Assembly (NCBI GenBank): GCA_025998755.1
Contig: AP024674.1
Coordinates: forward strand, 1,936,162 to 2,000,161
Direction: 5' to 3'
DNA: 64,000 nucleotides
From: Armatimonadota bacterium
GTDB taxonomy: Bacteria > Armatimonadota > UBA5829 > DSUL01
Positions 30,223 to 40,733 of this stretch are shown piece after piece. The notes below the pieces were generated by a model. That model did not search any database, was not told where the DNA came from, and worked only from the letters and a program-made list of their open reading frames with translations. The position numbers were made by a program, and so were the translations under genes. Numbering within the stretch: the first letter of the stretch is position 1; each line of letters starts with the position of its first letter.

Positions 30223-31272
30223 GTGACTTTCTTACCCTGCCGGCCGTCCATGCAAAACTGCTCGTTAGCGAATAATAACTATTCCTGTACAAGGGTTCCC
30301 CTCTGGACCCTGCTTCTTGTCCTGCTGGTTCTTTCCTGTCTGCCGCGCGCCCGGGCGTCTGTGGTCCCCCAACAATACTCCATGCCGAAACAAGCCCTGG
30401 AGTGGGTGGTATCCTTCGAGGTGCGCTCGCTTGAGGATCTGGAGAGGCTGCAGCGCAGATGCCGGATCATCATCGAGTCCCTCCCAGCGGGACCGGAGGC
30501 GCAGGACGCGCGGGATACTGTGATGACGGTGGAGGATTTTGCCTCGCCACAGACGGCCCCCGGGGAGGAACTTCTGCTAGTATCCTTTACGCACTCCGAT
30601 GACCCAGCCATCCGCCGTCTGCGGGATTCGGTCGGCCTGAAACCTCCGGAAGGAGCAGCAGTGGTGCGTGTTTATCCCACTCCGGCCGAGATGCCATCCG
30701 GAATCAGGCGCCTGTTCCGGGGCGAGACGGCCGGAATCACTTTCCTGACACGCTACATCGCCATCTGGACGGAAGGCCGCTCGGACGAGGAGACAGCGGA
30801 CCTGCTGTCTCACGAACTGGCGCATGCGTTCGTGCTGAGCCTTCTGGGGCTGGAGGCTAACAGGCTGCCCCAGTGGTTCCACGAAGGTTTGGCTCTCCAT
30901 CTCTCAGGAGGAAAGACGCAATACATCAGCCACCAGGACTACGGCCACACCCGAGTGAGCTGGTCGCCACGTGACTACAACGAATGGAGGCGCGCCTTCC
31001 GCTATCTGGACCGCCGCTTCGGGACGGAGGAGACGGAGAGATTCATCCGGGAGGCCATCGAGACCCGCGACGCGGAGGGCGCGCTGCGGAAGGTTATCGG
31101 ACTGTCCGGCTACCCCGAGCTTGCGCGGCTGGCCCGGCGCCGCTGGTTGCTGGAGCAGACAACGCGAGCCGGAGCGATCCTGGGTCTGCTGGCACTGGCT
31201 GCCTATCTGCTGCGGCTCAGGGCGTGGCGTGAGCGAAGGGAGATGCTGGAGGATGATGAAATGCGCTGGTAG
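30223..31272 (+). CDS. membrane-anchored HExxH zinc metalloprotease-like protein (peptidase MA-like)
   Basis: Signal/TM VPLWTLLLVLLVLSCLP; SHELAHAF ...WFHEGLALH (HExxH + downstream E); C-terminal TM AGAILGLLALAAYLL. Start may be M10 (30250). Confidence 0.6.
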   Translation: MTFLPCRPSMQNCSLANNNYSCTRVPLWTLLLVLLVLSCLPRARASVVPQQYSMPKQALEWVVSFEVRSLEDLERLQRRCRIIIESLPAGPEAQDARDTVMTVEDFASPQTAPGEELLLVSFTHSDDPAIRRLRDSVGLKPPEGAAVVRVYPTPAEMPSGIRRLFRGETAGITFLTRYIAIWTEGRSDEETADLLSHELAHAFVLSLLGLEANRLPQWFHEGLALHLSGGKTQYISHQDYGHTRVSWSPRDYNEWRRAFRYLDRRFGTEETERFIREAIETRDAEGALRKVIGLSGYPELARLARRRWLLEQTTRAGAILGLLALAAYLLRLRAWRERREMLEDDEMRW

Positions 31273-31278
31273 GCTCCC

Positions 31279-32772
31279 ATGGCGATGAGTATGCTTCTGG
31301 CGCTCCTGGGAGGCTGGCTGGTAGCTTATCTGATCTTCATCCGGAGCGGCCGCCCTGATGAGCGTCCCGGGATGCGAGTGCTCCTGTCGTTTGCGGCTGG
31401 AGTCGCCACCTCATTTCTGGCGACGGCGCTCTGGATGCTCAGCGCGGGAGCCGTGCCGTCGGGAATGGAATTCGTGCCGGCAGGAATGCTTCTGCTGGGA
31501 CTGGGAGTTGGATGGCTGGGCCAGAGGACATGGCTGTCCGGCCAGCTGATCACCAACACGCCGGTTACGCGCATCCGCTCAGCCCCCCAGGGCTGGGTGA
31601 AGCTGAGAGGACAGGCCATCGTCGAGGAGCCAGTCTATTCCTGCACGGGCCACATCCCATGTCTATATTTTTCAGAGAGAACGGAACGCTACACCCGCCA
31701 TACCCGCCGCGTGCAGGATCCGCAGACCAAAGAGTGGAGGACTGAGACCTACTATTCCTGGGATTATTGGTCATCGGCCTCCGGCGCGGCACCTTTCCGC
31801 TTGACGGATGGCACAGGGCAGGTGGCGGTGGACGTGAAGGCGACGGTGTTTTACCCTGCTCACTCGGCGCAGTTCTACAACGGCATTCCGGGCAGCGGAA
31901 GTATCTCTGCCAGGGAGGGAGACTTTCGCACCACCGTGAACTACATTGCCCTGGGCTCGCAACTGGAGGCTGTTGGGCGGCTCCACCTGAGGGTTTTGAC
32001 ACGTCATCCCACGCAAGGCGCGGCGATGGTGGCAGAGGGATCGCTGGGGGGCGTCGCCGTCGATCGAAGGCTGGGAGGCTGCTTCGGGATCATGGTGGGT
32101 GGCCTGATGGTCGCCGGCGCTCCGCTTTCGCCAGCCCTTATTGCCGGGATAAACGGGGAGAACAACATGGACTTCAACTCCGCTCTTGCCTTCGTGCTTG
32201 CCGGGTCCGCGCTTGGTCTGGTGCTGTTGGGATGGATGGTAAGCCTTTACAATGCCATCGTCACACTCAAGAAACAGGCGGAGCGCGCGTGGTCGGATAT
32301 TGACGTGCAACTGCAGATGCGCTGGGACCTGGTGCCCAACCTGGTGGAGACGGTGAAGGCATACGCGCAGCACGAGCGACAGATCTTCGAGGCCACGCTG
32401 GCCGCAAGGGAACGCGCGCTCGGCGCGCGGGACAGAAGAACCCGGATCTCTGCGGAGGACCGACTGGAGCAGACTCTGCCGCCACTGCTGGCCATAGCCG
32501 AGGACTATCCGCAACTCAAGGCATCGGAAAACTTCCTGAAACTGCAGCAGCAGTTGCAGGAGATGGAGGACATCATTGCCGACCGCAGGGAGATTTACAA
32601 TGACAGCGCGACGAACTTCAATACGTTCATCCAGTCCTTTCCGGGACTGCTGATGGCAGGCGCGCTGTCCGAGAAGCCGCTGCCGCTGTTCCAGGCGGAA
32701 CCGGCGGCGCGTCAGCATCCGCTCTCCGGAAGATCGCCTTCGGCCGGTGGCGGACACAATGCGGGAGGATAA
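31279..32772 (+). CDS. fusion protein: N-terminal multi-TM domain of unknown function + C-terminal LemA domain
   Basis: Three N-terminal TM helices, ~200-aa soluble domain, two TM helices, then LemA (YNAIVTLKKQAERAWSDIDVQLQMRWDLVPNLVETVKAY...AIAEDYPQLKASENF...REIYNDSATNFN). Starts 7 nt after the HExxH gene. Confidence 0.75.
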   Translation: MAMSMLLALLGGWLVAYLIFIRSGRPDERPGMRVLLSFAAGVATSFLATALWMLSAGAVPSGMEFVPAGMLLLGLGVGWLGQRTWLSGQLITNTPVTRIRSAPQGWVKLRGQAIVEEPVYSCTGHIPCLYFSERTERYTRHTRRVQDPQTKEWRTETYYSWDYWSSASGAAPFRLTDGTGQVAVDVKATVFYPAHSAQFYNGIPGSGSISAREGDFRTTVNYIALGSQLEAVGRLHLRVLTRHPTQGAAMVAEGSLGGVAVDRRLGGCFGIMVGGLMVAGAPLSPALIAGINGENNMDFNSALAFVLAGSALGLVLLGWMVSLYNAIVTLKKQAERAWSDIDVQLQMRWDLVPNLVETVKAYAQHERQIFEATLAARERALGARDRRTRISAEDRLEQTLPPLLAIAEDYPQLKASENFLKLQQQLQEMEDIIADRREIYNDSATNFNTFIQSFPGLLMAGALSEKPLPLFQAEPAARQHPLSGRSPSAGGGHNAGG

Positions 32773-32777
32773 CAACG

Positions 32778-33767
32778 ATGCAATACCGATCGCTGGGGCG
32801 CACGGGCGTCAAAGTCAGCAAGCTCTGTCTGGGATGCATGATGTTCGGCCGCAAGACGGACGAGGCGGAAAGCATCCGTATGGTGCACCGCGCCATGGAC
32901 GCGGGCATCAATTTCCTGGACACGGCCAACGTCTATGCCCGTGGAGCAAGCGAGGAGATCACCGGCAAGGCCCTGAAGGACGGCAGGCGTGACCGGGTGG
33001 TGCTGGCCACGAAGGTGCATGGACGGATGGAGGACGATGAGCCGAACGCGCAGGGCAATCACCGGAGGCACATCATCCAGCAGTGCGAAGCATCACTTAG
33101 ACGCCTGCAGACTGACTGGATAGACCTGTATCAGATCCATCGTCCGGACCCTTGCATCCCTGTGGATGAGACGCTGCGCGCGCTGGATGATCTGGTGCGG
33201 CAGGGCAAGGTGCGCTATATCGGGACCAGCACGTTCGCGGCTTGGCAGATCATGGAAGCACTCTGGGTTTCCAAAGAGCTCGGGTTGAACCGGTTCGTAT
33301 GCGAGCAGCCGCCGTATCATCCGCTGGACCGGCGAATCGAGCGCGAGCTGGTCCCGATGGCGCTGACGTATGGCATTGGGCTCATCCCGTGGTCGCCGCT
33401 GGCTGGAGGGTTCTTCACCGGGAAATACCGTCGCGGGGAGCCGTTCCCGGAGGATGCGCGTCTGGCCGGCAGCTCCCGCCAATATGGGGATGCGGCTTTC
33501 GACGTGCTGGACGTGTTTGAGGAACTGGCACGGGAGAAGGGGGCGACGCCATCTCAGGTGGCTCTGGCCTGGAACGCGGCTCAGCCCGGCATCACCGCGC
33601 CCATCATCGGCCCGCGCACCATGGAGCAGCTTGAGGACAACCTGGGCGCGGCGGAGGTGGAGATAACGGACTCCGACCGTGAGCGCATTGACGCCGTCGC
33701 TGCTCCCGGCCGCGCCATTGTGCCGTTATACGAGGCTGCCTGGGGCCCGCATCCCCACCGCTGGTGA
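32778..33767 (+). CDS. aldo/keto reductase
   Basis: MQYRSLGRTGVKVSKLCLGCMMFG; INFLDTANVYA; IGTSTF; 329 aa. Confidence 0.9.
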   Translation: MQYRSLGRTGVKVSKLCLGCMMFGRKTDEAESIRMVHRAMDAGINFLDTANVYARGASEEITGKALKDGRRDRVVLATKVHGRMEDDEPNAQGNHRRHIIQQCEASLRRLQTDWIDLYQIHRPDPCIPVDETLRALDDLVRQGKVRYIGTSTFAAWQIMEALWVSKELGLNRFVCEQPPYHPLDRRIERELVPMALTYGIGLIPWSPLAGGFFTGKYRRGEPFPEDARLAGSSRQYGDAAFDVLDVFEELAREKGATPSQVALAWNAAQPGITAPIIGPRTMEQLEDNLGAAEVEITDSDRERIDAVAAPGRAIVPLYEAAWGPHPHRW

Positions 33768-33804
33768 TGGGTGAAGGAGGGGCCGGCCGTCACGACTTTT
33801 CCGA

Positions 33805-34224
33805 TCAGCAAGAGTTCGGCGCCGTCGGGGGAGAGCTTGGCCGAGGCCGTGGTCTTGGGATACCAAATCCCCTCTTTTCCTTTGTCCCCTCGGCCATCAT
33901 CTCGCCGGCCACTCCCAGCCATTTGCCCGGCGAGAACTTTACCGTGACTCCCTGGCCGATGTTCAGGCGGGCGCCCTCATTTACAAAGACCTGGGCCTCC
34001 ACGATGTATTCCGGGCCCGATCCCTGCCTGCCGAAGTCAGAGTCGGCGTTCCAGGTAACGGTCTGGCCATCATTGTAGTGCCGGTCAACAATGTTGTAGC
34101 GCCACTCCTGGTTGTAACCGTCCCAGTAGTAGTCACGATTGACGTACACAGCAGCGTGCACGGAACCGGCGATGAGAAGAACCGCGCAAGCCGCAACAAG
34201 CATGCGCAAAGCGGGAGGAACCAT
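33805..34224 (-). CDS. small secreted hypothetical protein
   Basis: Signal peptide MVPPALRMLVAACAVLLIAGSVHA, then a Y/W/N-rich mature region and a Pro-rich tail. The track ORF extends to 34317. Confidence 0.4.
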   Translation of the reverse strand: MVPPALRMLVAACAVLLIAGSVHAAVYVNRDYYWDGYNQEWRYNIVDRHYNDGQTVTWNADSDFGRQGSGPEYIVEAQVFVNEGARLNIGQGVTVKFSPGKWLGVAGEMMAEGTKEKRGFGIPRPRPRPSSPPTAPNSC

Positions 34225-34534
34225 CCCCAACACCTTCTTTCTCTCTTGTAGATTTACCGGTAAGGCTATCTCTGAACGGGGGAGTCCCCCGACACATTCA
34301 CGGGTCAGTTGACGCACGACCGTCTGACACCGGTGTATCGGGAGAAGCTGGGAATCCGGGAGGCGGGCCTTTCTGCACGACCGGGAGAGAGGCAGGGGTC
34401 CGGATCACGGTTCAGCCACCCTCAAAGATTATGATAACTCCCTGTCAATCGGCCGAAAATCCGTACTTTTGCCAGTATTGGATAACGATTGCCGTTGCCG
34501 CAATCAGTGCCGTCCAGGACGCCATCCGGCTTGA

Positions 34535-37500
34535 TTGGGCTACAATCCCGGCAGAAGCAGAGGCCCGGATATGGTCATGCCGGACGAGCAAGATCCTCTG
34601 GACGGTTTTCACCCCGCCACCGCAGGGTGGTTCCGGCGCGCGCTTGGCCAGCCCACCCCCGCCCAGGCGATGGGATGGCCGCCCATCCGCGCGGGCGAAA
34701 ACACCCTGATCCTTGCCCCGACGGGATCCGGCAAGACTCTGGCCGCCTTTCTGGCAGGGCTGGACCACCTGTTCCAGAAAGGTCTTGAAGGATCGCTGCC
34801 GAAGGGGGTATCACTCCTCTATATCTCCCCGCTCAAGGCTCTGAACTATGACATCGAGCGCAACCTGCGCCACCCTCTTGGGGGAATCGCGCAGGAGATG
34901 CGGCGTATGGGGCTGGAGCCTCCTGAGATACGGACAGCGGTACGGACCGGAGATACACCGTCCCGGGAGCGAGCCCGCATGGCGCGCCGGCCGCCGCACA
35001 TCCTCATCACCACTCCCGAGTCACTCAATCTGATCCTGTGCTCGCGCGCCGCCGCGATGCTTTCCGGCGTGCGGCAGGTCATCGTGGACGAGATCCATTC
35101 CCTGGCATCCAACAAACGGGGAGCATTCCTGTCCGTCTTGCTGGAACGGCTGGAAGACCTGACCGGGCGGAGCTTCTCCCGTGTGGGACTTTCGGCCACC
35201 CAGCGTCCACTGGAGGAGGTGGCCCGGTTTCTGGGTGGATATGACTCCCGAGGGTACCAACGGCCCGTCCGGATTGTGGACGCGGGTGCGCGCAAAAAGC
35301 TGGATGTCGCCGTGGATACCGCCGTGGCGGACTTCCGCACCATGGAGACAGGCGAGCTGTGGCCGTCGCTCGAGGGCAAACTGCTGCGGGAAGTGGAACG
35401 GCGGCGGTCAAGCATCATCTTTGCGAACACGCGCGGGGCGGTGGAGCGCCTCAGCCGGGAACTGAATGAGATGGCCGGGGAACGACTGGTCGAGCCCCAC
35501 CACGGAAGCATCTCCGCGACGCGACGCAGGGAGACGGAGGAGCGCCTGAAGAGGGGAGAGCTGCGAGCCGTGGTCGCCACCGCAAGTCTGGAGCTGGGCA
35601 TAGACATGGGTGCGGTGGAGCTTGTGTGCCAGGTGGGATCGCCGAAGTCTGTCGCCGCCGGTCTGCAGAGAGTGGGACGGGCCGGACATCTGGCCGGAGC
35701 GGAGAGCGTGGGCCGTATTTTCGCGACATCCCCGGTGGATCTTCTGGAAAGTGCGATTCTGGCCGCCGGAATGTTGGAAAGTGAAGTGGAACCGACGCGC
35801 ATCGTCAGCAATCCGCTGGATGTCCTGGCCCAGCAGATTGCGGCGATGTGCGTGCACGGCCCTGTAGATGTCGAGGGCATTTTCAACACGGTCCGGCGCT
35901 CGGCCTGCTTTCACAACCTGTCATCGGAGGCGTTCCATCGCACGCTTGAAATGGTGGCCGGACGGATGGGGAAAGGTCTGCCCGCGCGCGTCTCCCTGGA
36001 CCGTGTGAACGGCCGAGTGCTGCCTCTCCCTGGCACGCTCCGGGCGGTGGTGGCAGGCGGAGGGGTCATCCCGGATACGGGACAGTTCCCGGTGTATCTG
36101 AGCGGTACGCGCACGTCCATCGGGGAGCTGGACGAAGAATTCGTCTTCGAGGCGCGGGAGGGCGACGCGTTCCGGCTGGGAGTGAGCACGTGGCGCATTG
36201 AGAAGATCGAGGCAGACAGAATCTTCGTGCGCCCTTCCCCCGGATCGCCGGCAAAAGCCCCGTTCTGGCGCGGGGAGCAGGTAAGCCGTCCACCCGCCAC
36301 CGGTGAGGCTATCGGCAGGTTCCTGGCGGAGACGGAGGATCTGAAGGGGCTGGAGGAGATCCGCGACTTTGTTCAGCAAAGGACCCCCTGCACGCCGGAG
36401 GCGGCGCGCTCTCTGGCGCAATTCATCCACCGGCAGCGCGAGAAGGGTGCTCTCCCCACGCACCGGCGCATTGTGGTGGAGTTCTACCGTGACGCCATCG
36501 GCGAGGGACGTATGGTGGTCATCACGCCATACGGGTCGCGGGTGCACCAGGCGCTCCGGATTGCCCTGACCGGGATGTTGCAGGATGAGACGGGCGCCGC
36601 TCCGGAGAGCATGGCGGGAGATGAAGGGGTGCTTATCCGGCTGCCTTCGGAAGAGGGCTGCTCCGCAGCGACCTTGAGGAAGCTGACGCCGGAGCGGTTC
36701 CGGGAACTGCTGCGGCGCGGACTGATGCGAAGCGCCCTGTTCGGGCTGCGGTTCCGCCAGAATGCCGCACGAGCCCTGCTGATGCCCCCGCGCCAGCCCG
36801 GCCGCAGGAGTCCTCTGTGGCTCCAGCGCCTGAAGGCGAAGGATCTTCTCCAGATGGTGCGCGGGATCCCGGATTTCCCAGTGGTGCTGGAGACCACGCG
36901 GGAGTGTCTGGAAGAGCAGATGGACGCCGCCCTCACGGAGCGGCTGCTGGCCGGACTCCAGTCCGGGGAGGTGGAGTTAAAGGAGGTGCATTCGGCGGCG
37001 CCCTCACCGTTCGCATCGGCGCTGGAGTTCCAGCTGCAGATGGAGTTCATGTACGTCTGGGACCGGCCGGTGGGGGCTGCAGCACTGGAGGCAGGACCAG
37101 CCGGGCATCAGGCGACACCTCTGACAACCGGACGAGCGCTCGATGGCCGCGCCATCGAGCGGCTCCGGGAGGAGGCTCAAGCACTGTCCTCACGCTCACG
37201 CGCCCGCAACGCCGCAGAGCTGGCGGAGACTCTGCGGCGGCTGGGAGACCTCTCAGCCCATGAGGCCGCGGAGCGCTCCGCCAGCGGCGATCTTTCCCTC
37301 CTGCAGGAGCTCACCGCGACCGGGACAGTGGTTGCACTGGAGATCTGTGGGGAAGAGCGGTTCGTTCTGGCGGAGGAGGCCGCGGAATGGCGGGCAGCCG
37401 TTCGAGATCCGGGCGCGAGCGGGGTTTTCTGGAACAGGGCGGCAGCCCGCCACATCGCGGCAAGCCCTGGATGCCGTCCTGAGGAGTTCGCATCCCGCTA

Positions 37501-38866
37501 TGGTCTGAGTCCGGACTTCGCACGTTCCCGCTTCCAGGAGGCGCGCCATGCGGGTCTGGCTCTGGAGGCGGAAGGCCGCTGGATGACCCCCGAGGCGCTA
37601 GAGGCCGCAGTGCGCATGTCCCGAGGGATCAGGCGCAGAGAGGCGCGGCCGGTACCGCTGGAGTACTTCCAGCAGTTCGTCCTGGCGTGGCAGCACACTC
37701 TCCCGGTAGACCGCCTTCACGGCAGGGAGGGAACGCTGGAGATCCTGGAGCAGCTGGCAGGATGCTGTCTGCCTGCCAGACTCTGGGAGCCGGAGGTTCT
37801 TGCCCGGCGCGTGGAGGGCTACCAACCCGAATGGCTGGACTGGCTGCTGGGAGCCGGCCTTGTGCTCTGGCGCGGCGTTCCGGGAGCAGGCCGACCCGGA
37901 GATCTTGCGCTGCTGCCCAGAGGACTGGAGCGCCTGCCGCTGACCGTACGGGAGCCCGACGCTCCGCCGGAGGGTTCCTTTGAATGCTCCGTGCTGGAGA
38001 CTCTGCGCGAACGCGGCGCAAGCTTTTTGGTGGATCTGGGGCTTGCGCTGAGAACAGACACCCGCAAGATCGAGAAGACGTTAATGGATCTGGCCTGGGC
38101 GGGTCTGGTTACCCACGACTCTTTCGCTCCGGTGCGCGGTAATCAGCCGGCGCCGGACATCCATCGGGAGGCTCAGCGGGCGCACGGTTCTCCTCGCCAT
38201 CGTTACCAGCAGCTCAAACGGTTGCGTCCCGCGTTGAAGCTGGCTGCGCCGGGGCGCTGGCAGGCACTGGATGCATCGCAGACCGTGCTGGACGAGGAAA
38301 CGGTGGAGTTACTTGCCCGTCTTCTGCTGGAGCGCTACGGGGTGGCGGCGCGGGACATCGCTCACCTTGCCGGCATCCCGGCCCCGTGGGTGAGTCTTTA
38401 CCGCGCTCTGGAACGGATGGAGCTGGCGGGCGAGGTGGAAAGGGGATATTTCGTGGAAGATCTGGGTGGCGCTCAGTTTGCTCTGCCGGAAGCTATGCAG
38501 GCGCTGAAAGGCGCCTCGACAGGTGATGCCGCGGTGGTTCTTAACACCTGCGACCCGGCGCTGGTCACCGCCCTCCCCTGCGCGCGGCGGCCCGGCAACT
38601 ATGTTGTTCTGCTGAAGGGAAAGCCTGCGCTGATTCTGGAATCCGCTGCGAAAAGGCTGCTGCCCGTGGGGTCCGAAGCCGGGGCACTGAAATGTCTCCC
38701 GTCCTTGCGTCACGTCCTGGCATCGCCCTGGCCCCTGCGTCCCATCCGCCGCTTGGAGGTTATCCTGTGGGGTGACGCCGAGATCCACGGGCATCCGGTG
38801 GAGAGCGCCCTGAGGTCTCACGGTTTCCAGCGCACACCCAGGGGAATGCTGCTGGAGGCAGGCTGA
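34535..38866 (+). CDS. lhr: ATP-dependent helicase Lhr (full-length large helicase-related protein)
   Basis: 1443 aa; LILAPTGSGKTLAAFLAG Walker A, DEIH, ELGID, QRVGRAGH; long Lhr C-terminal extension. Start possibly at 34577 (MPDEQDPLDGFHPATAGWFRRAL). Confidence 0.85.
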   Translation: MGYNPGRSRGPDMVMPDEQDPLDGFHPATAGWFRRALGQPTPAQAMGWPPIRAGENTLILAPTGSGKTLAAFLAGLDHLFQKGLEGSLPKGVSLLYISPLKALNYDIERNLRHPLGGIAQEMRRMGLEPPEIRTAVRTGDTPSRERARMARRPPHILITTPESLNLILCSRAAAMLSGVRQVIVDEIHSLASNKRGAFLSVLLERLEDLTGRSFSRVGLSATQRPLEEVARFLGGYDSRGYQRPVRIVDAGARKKLDVAVDTAVADFRTMETGELWPSLEGKLLREVERRRSSIIFANTRGAVERLSRELNEMAGERLVEPHHGSISATRRRETEERLKRGELRAVVATASLELGIDMGAVELVCQVGSPKSVAAGLQRVGRAGHLAGAESVGRIFATSPVDLLESAILAAGMLESEVEPTRIVSNPLDVLAQQIAAMCVHGPVDVEGIFNTVRRSACFHNLSSEAFHRTLEMVAGRMGKGLPARVSLDRVNGRVLPLPGTLRAVVAGGGVIPDTGQFPVYLSGTRTSIGELDEEFVFEAREGDAFRLGVSTWRIEKIEADRIFVRPSPGSPAKAPFWRGEQVSRPPATGEAIGRFLAETEDLKGLEEIRDFVQQRTPCTPEAARSLAQFIHRQREKGALPTHRRIVVEFYRDAIGEGRMVVITPYGSRVHQALRIALTGMLQDETGAAPESMAGDEGVLIRLPSEEGCSAATLRKLTPERFRELLRRGLMRSALFGLRFRQNAARALLMPPRQPGRRSPLWLQRLKAKDLLQMVRGIPDFPVVLETTRECLEEQMDAALTERLLAGLQSGEVELKEVHSAAPSPFASALEFQLQMEFMYVWDRPVGAAALEAGPAGHQATPLTTGRALDGRAIERLREEAQALSSRSRARNAAELAETLRRLGDLSAHEAAERSASGDLSLLQELTATGTVVALEICGEERFVLAEEAAEWRAAVRDPGASGVFWNRAAARHIAASPGCRPEEFASRYGLSPDFARSRFQEARHAGLALEAEGRWMTPEALEAAVRMSRGIRRREARPVPLEYFQQFVLAWQHTLPVDRLHGREGTLEILEQLAGCCLPARLWEPEVLARRVEGYQPEWLDWLLGAGLVLWRGVPGAGRPGDLALLPRGLERLPLTVREPDAPPEGSFECSVLETLRERGASFLVDLGLALRTDTRKIEKTLMDLAWAGLVTHDSFAPVRGNQPAPDIHREAQRAHGSPRHRYQQLKRLRPALKLAAPGRWQALDASQTVLDEETVELLARLLLERYGVAARDIAHLAGIPAPWVSLYRALERMELAGEVERGYFVEDLGGAQFALPEAMQALKGASTGDAAVVLNTCDPALVTALPCARRPGNYVVLLKGKPALILESAAKRLLPVGSEAGALKCLPSLRHVLASPWPLRPIRRLEVILWGDAEIHGHPVESALRSHGFQRTPRGMLLEAG

Positions 38867-38913
38867 TCGGAAAAGCGCGCGCTGCGCCCCGGGGAAGAGG
38901 CTGGAGGAGACAC

Positions 38914-39966
38914 TTGGAGTTCAAACCGGACTGGGAACAGGCTATTAGGCGATTTGAGGCATGGTATGCCTTCGAGGAGTCGGACCGGCCCGTTATGATG
39001 GTCAGCGCTCCGAAGGCGCCCCGTCAGGCTCCTCCCGCTCCTGGAGACCTCCTGCGGCGCTGGACGGACCCGGAATACCTCATTGCCCGTCACGAGGCGG
39101 CCTTCCGTTCCACACACTTTGCCGGAGAATCCTATCCGCTCTGCTGGCCCAACCTCGGACCGGGAATCGCCGGCGCGTTTGCCGGCTGCGAACCCGTCTT
39201 CGACGAGACGACCATGTGGCTCCAGCCGCTGGACCGCCCCCTCTCCGCAATCCATCCAGTCTGGAACGGGGACAACCCCTGGTGGAAGATAACTCTGGAA
39301 CTGACCCGCGCTGCAGCGGAAGCAGGCAAAGGCCGCTGGGTGACCGCCGTCACGGATCTGGGTGGAGTCACGGACGTGCTGGCCGGCATGCGGCATTCCG
39401 ACCGACTGTGCATCGAGATGCTGGAGGAGCCGGAAGAGGTCCTGCGGGTGCGTGACGGCCTGCTGGAGATCTGGAAACGGGCGTACAGTGCGCTGGCGGA
39501 CATCACACAGCCGGCCAACGGAGGCACCACAGGCTGGCTGGGAGCGTTCAGCGTCCACCGAACATATCCTCTCCAGTGCGACTTCTGCTGCATGATCGGA
39601 CCAGACATGTTCGAGCGATTCGTTCTGCCGGAGCTGCGGGAGCTATGCCGGTGGCTGGACCGGTCGGTCTATCATCTGGATGGACCCGGCGCGGTGAAGC
39701 ATCTGGACGCACTGCTTGGCATCCCCGAGCTCAACGCCATCCAGTGGGTTCAGGGCGCGGGACAGGCTCCGACGATCGAGTGGGTGGACTTGCTCAAACG
39801 CATTCTGGATGCCGGGAAGTCCGTCTTCGCCTATGCATCGCCGCAGGAAGTGCGGCCCCTGTTGGAAAGGCTTGGGGCTCGGGGCGTGGCGCTGGCGGTG
39901 GGAGCTTCCACCCCTGAGGAAGCGGATTATCTGGTGCGGATGTCGGGCGAATGGAGCCGCGCCTGA
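38914..39966 (+). CDS. uroporphyrinogen-decarboxylase-like (URO-D fold) protein, function unknown
   Basis: 350 aa, composition and hydropathy of a TIM-barrel enzyme; resembles URO-D/MtaA-like family proteins; no cofactor motif identified by eye. Confidence 0.45.
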   Translation: MEFKPDWEQAIRRFEAWYAFEESDRPVMMVSAPKAPRQAPPAPGDLLRRWTDPEYLIARHEAAFRSTHFAGESYPLCWPNLGPGIAGAFAGCEPVFDETTMWLQPLDRPLSAIHPVWNGDNPWWKITLELTRAAAEAGKGRWVTAVTDLGGVTDVLAGMRHSDRLCIEMLEEPEEVLRVRDGLLEIWKRAYSALADITQPANGGTTGWLGAFSVHRTYPLQCDFCCMIGPDMFERFVLPELRELCRWLDRSVYHLDGPGAVKHLDALLGIPELNAIQWVQGAGQAPTIEWVDLLKRILDAGKSVFAYASPQEVRPLLERLGARGVALAVGASTPEEADYLVRMSGEWSRA

Positions 39967-40733
39967 CGGGCGGTTCGGATTTCAACCCCGCTGCCGCGGA
40001 GGCAAAGCCAAACTCCGCCGTCGCGTCCTGTATTGCAGACCGTTTCGGCCACACCTTCCAGGGAGCGTCTCAGGCCGTAGTCGGCCCACGTGGCACGGGA
40101 GCGTCCGCTGGAGAGAACGGCCACGGCGGGAGCCAGTCCTGGAGGAACGCCGGACGGCTCGCGGGAAGCCGCATAGCTGAGCGCCAGCGCATGCGGGCCA
40201 AATGTGGCCAGAAAGCGGCCGCAACCGGATGACAGGCGGTCCACCAGGGCCACCCTGACCTGTTTCCAGCGCACTGCCAGACACTCCACCTGTCCACCGG
40301 AGCCGTAAGCCTCCATCTCCAGGCCGTCCCGCAGCCGCATCTTCATCCCCGGCCTCAGGGGTTGCCAATCGGAGCCTGAAAGAAGCCCGGCCGGATCGCC
40401 GGCGCACAGAAGCGCCTCGGAGGGCATCTCTTCCAGAAGCTGCGCCACTCCGGAGGCTGCGTCCGGTTCCGTCCGGGTGAGGATGATCGCATCCAGCCGG
40501 TTGACTCCCAGCCGCGCCAGCGCCCGTAGCGCAGCGGTGCCCGGCCGGCTCCGCGGATCGGCGGACCCGCAGTTCACCACCACCGTGCTTCCGCTCGGAG
40601 TGTGGATAATCCAGCACTGTCCGGGGCCGGCGTCCAGGCACTCTAGAACCAGCCCTCCCCTCAAGGGAGCCGTGGCCCACGCCCACAGCCAGACCAGAAG
40701 AATGAAGATGATGACGAGAAATGGCAGCCTCAC
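39927..40733 (-). CDS. comEC: ComEC C-terminal metallo-beta-lactamase-fold module as a separate ORF (degenerate metal site)
   Basis: GTG start overlaps the upstream ComEC ORF stop (GTGA). TM helix then MBL-like LVLECLDAGPGQCWIIHT, but the HxHxDH position reads ILTRTEPD. Confidence 0.6.
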   Translation of the reverse strand: MRLPFLVIIFILLVWLWAWATAPLRGGLVLECLDAGPGQCWIIHTPSGSTVVVNCGSADPRSRPGTAALRALARLGVNRLDAIILTRTEPDAASGVAQLLEEMPSEALLCAGDPAGLLSGSDWQPLRPGMKMRLRDGLEMEAYGSGGQVECLAVRWKQVRVALVDRLSSGCGRFLATFGPHALALSYAASREPSGVPPGLAPAVAVLSSGRSRATWADYGLRRSLEGVAETVCNTGRDGGVWLCLRGSGVEIRTARQARLHSPDIRTR

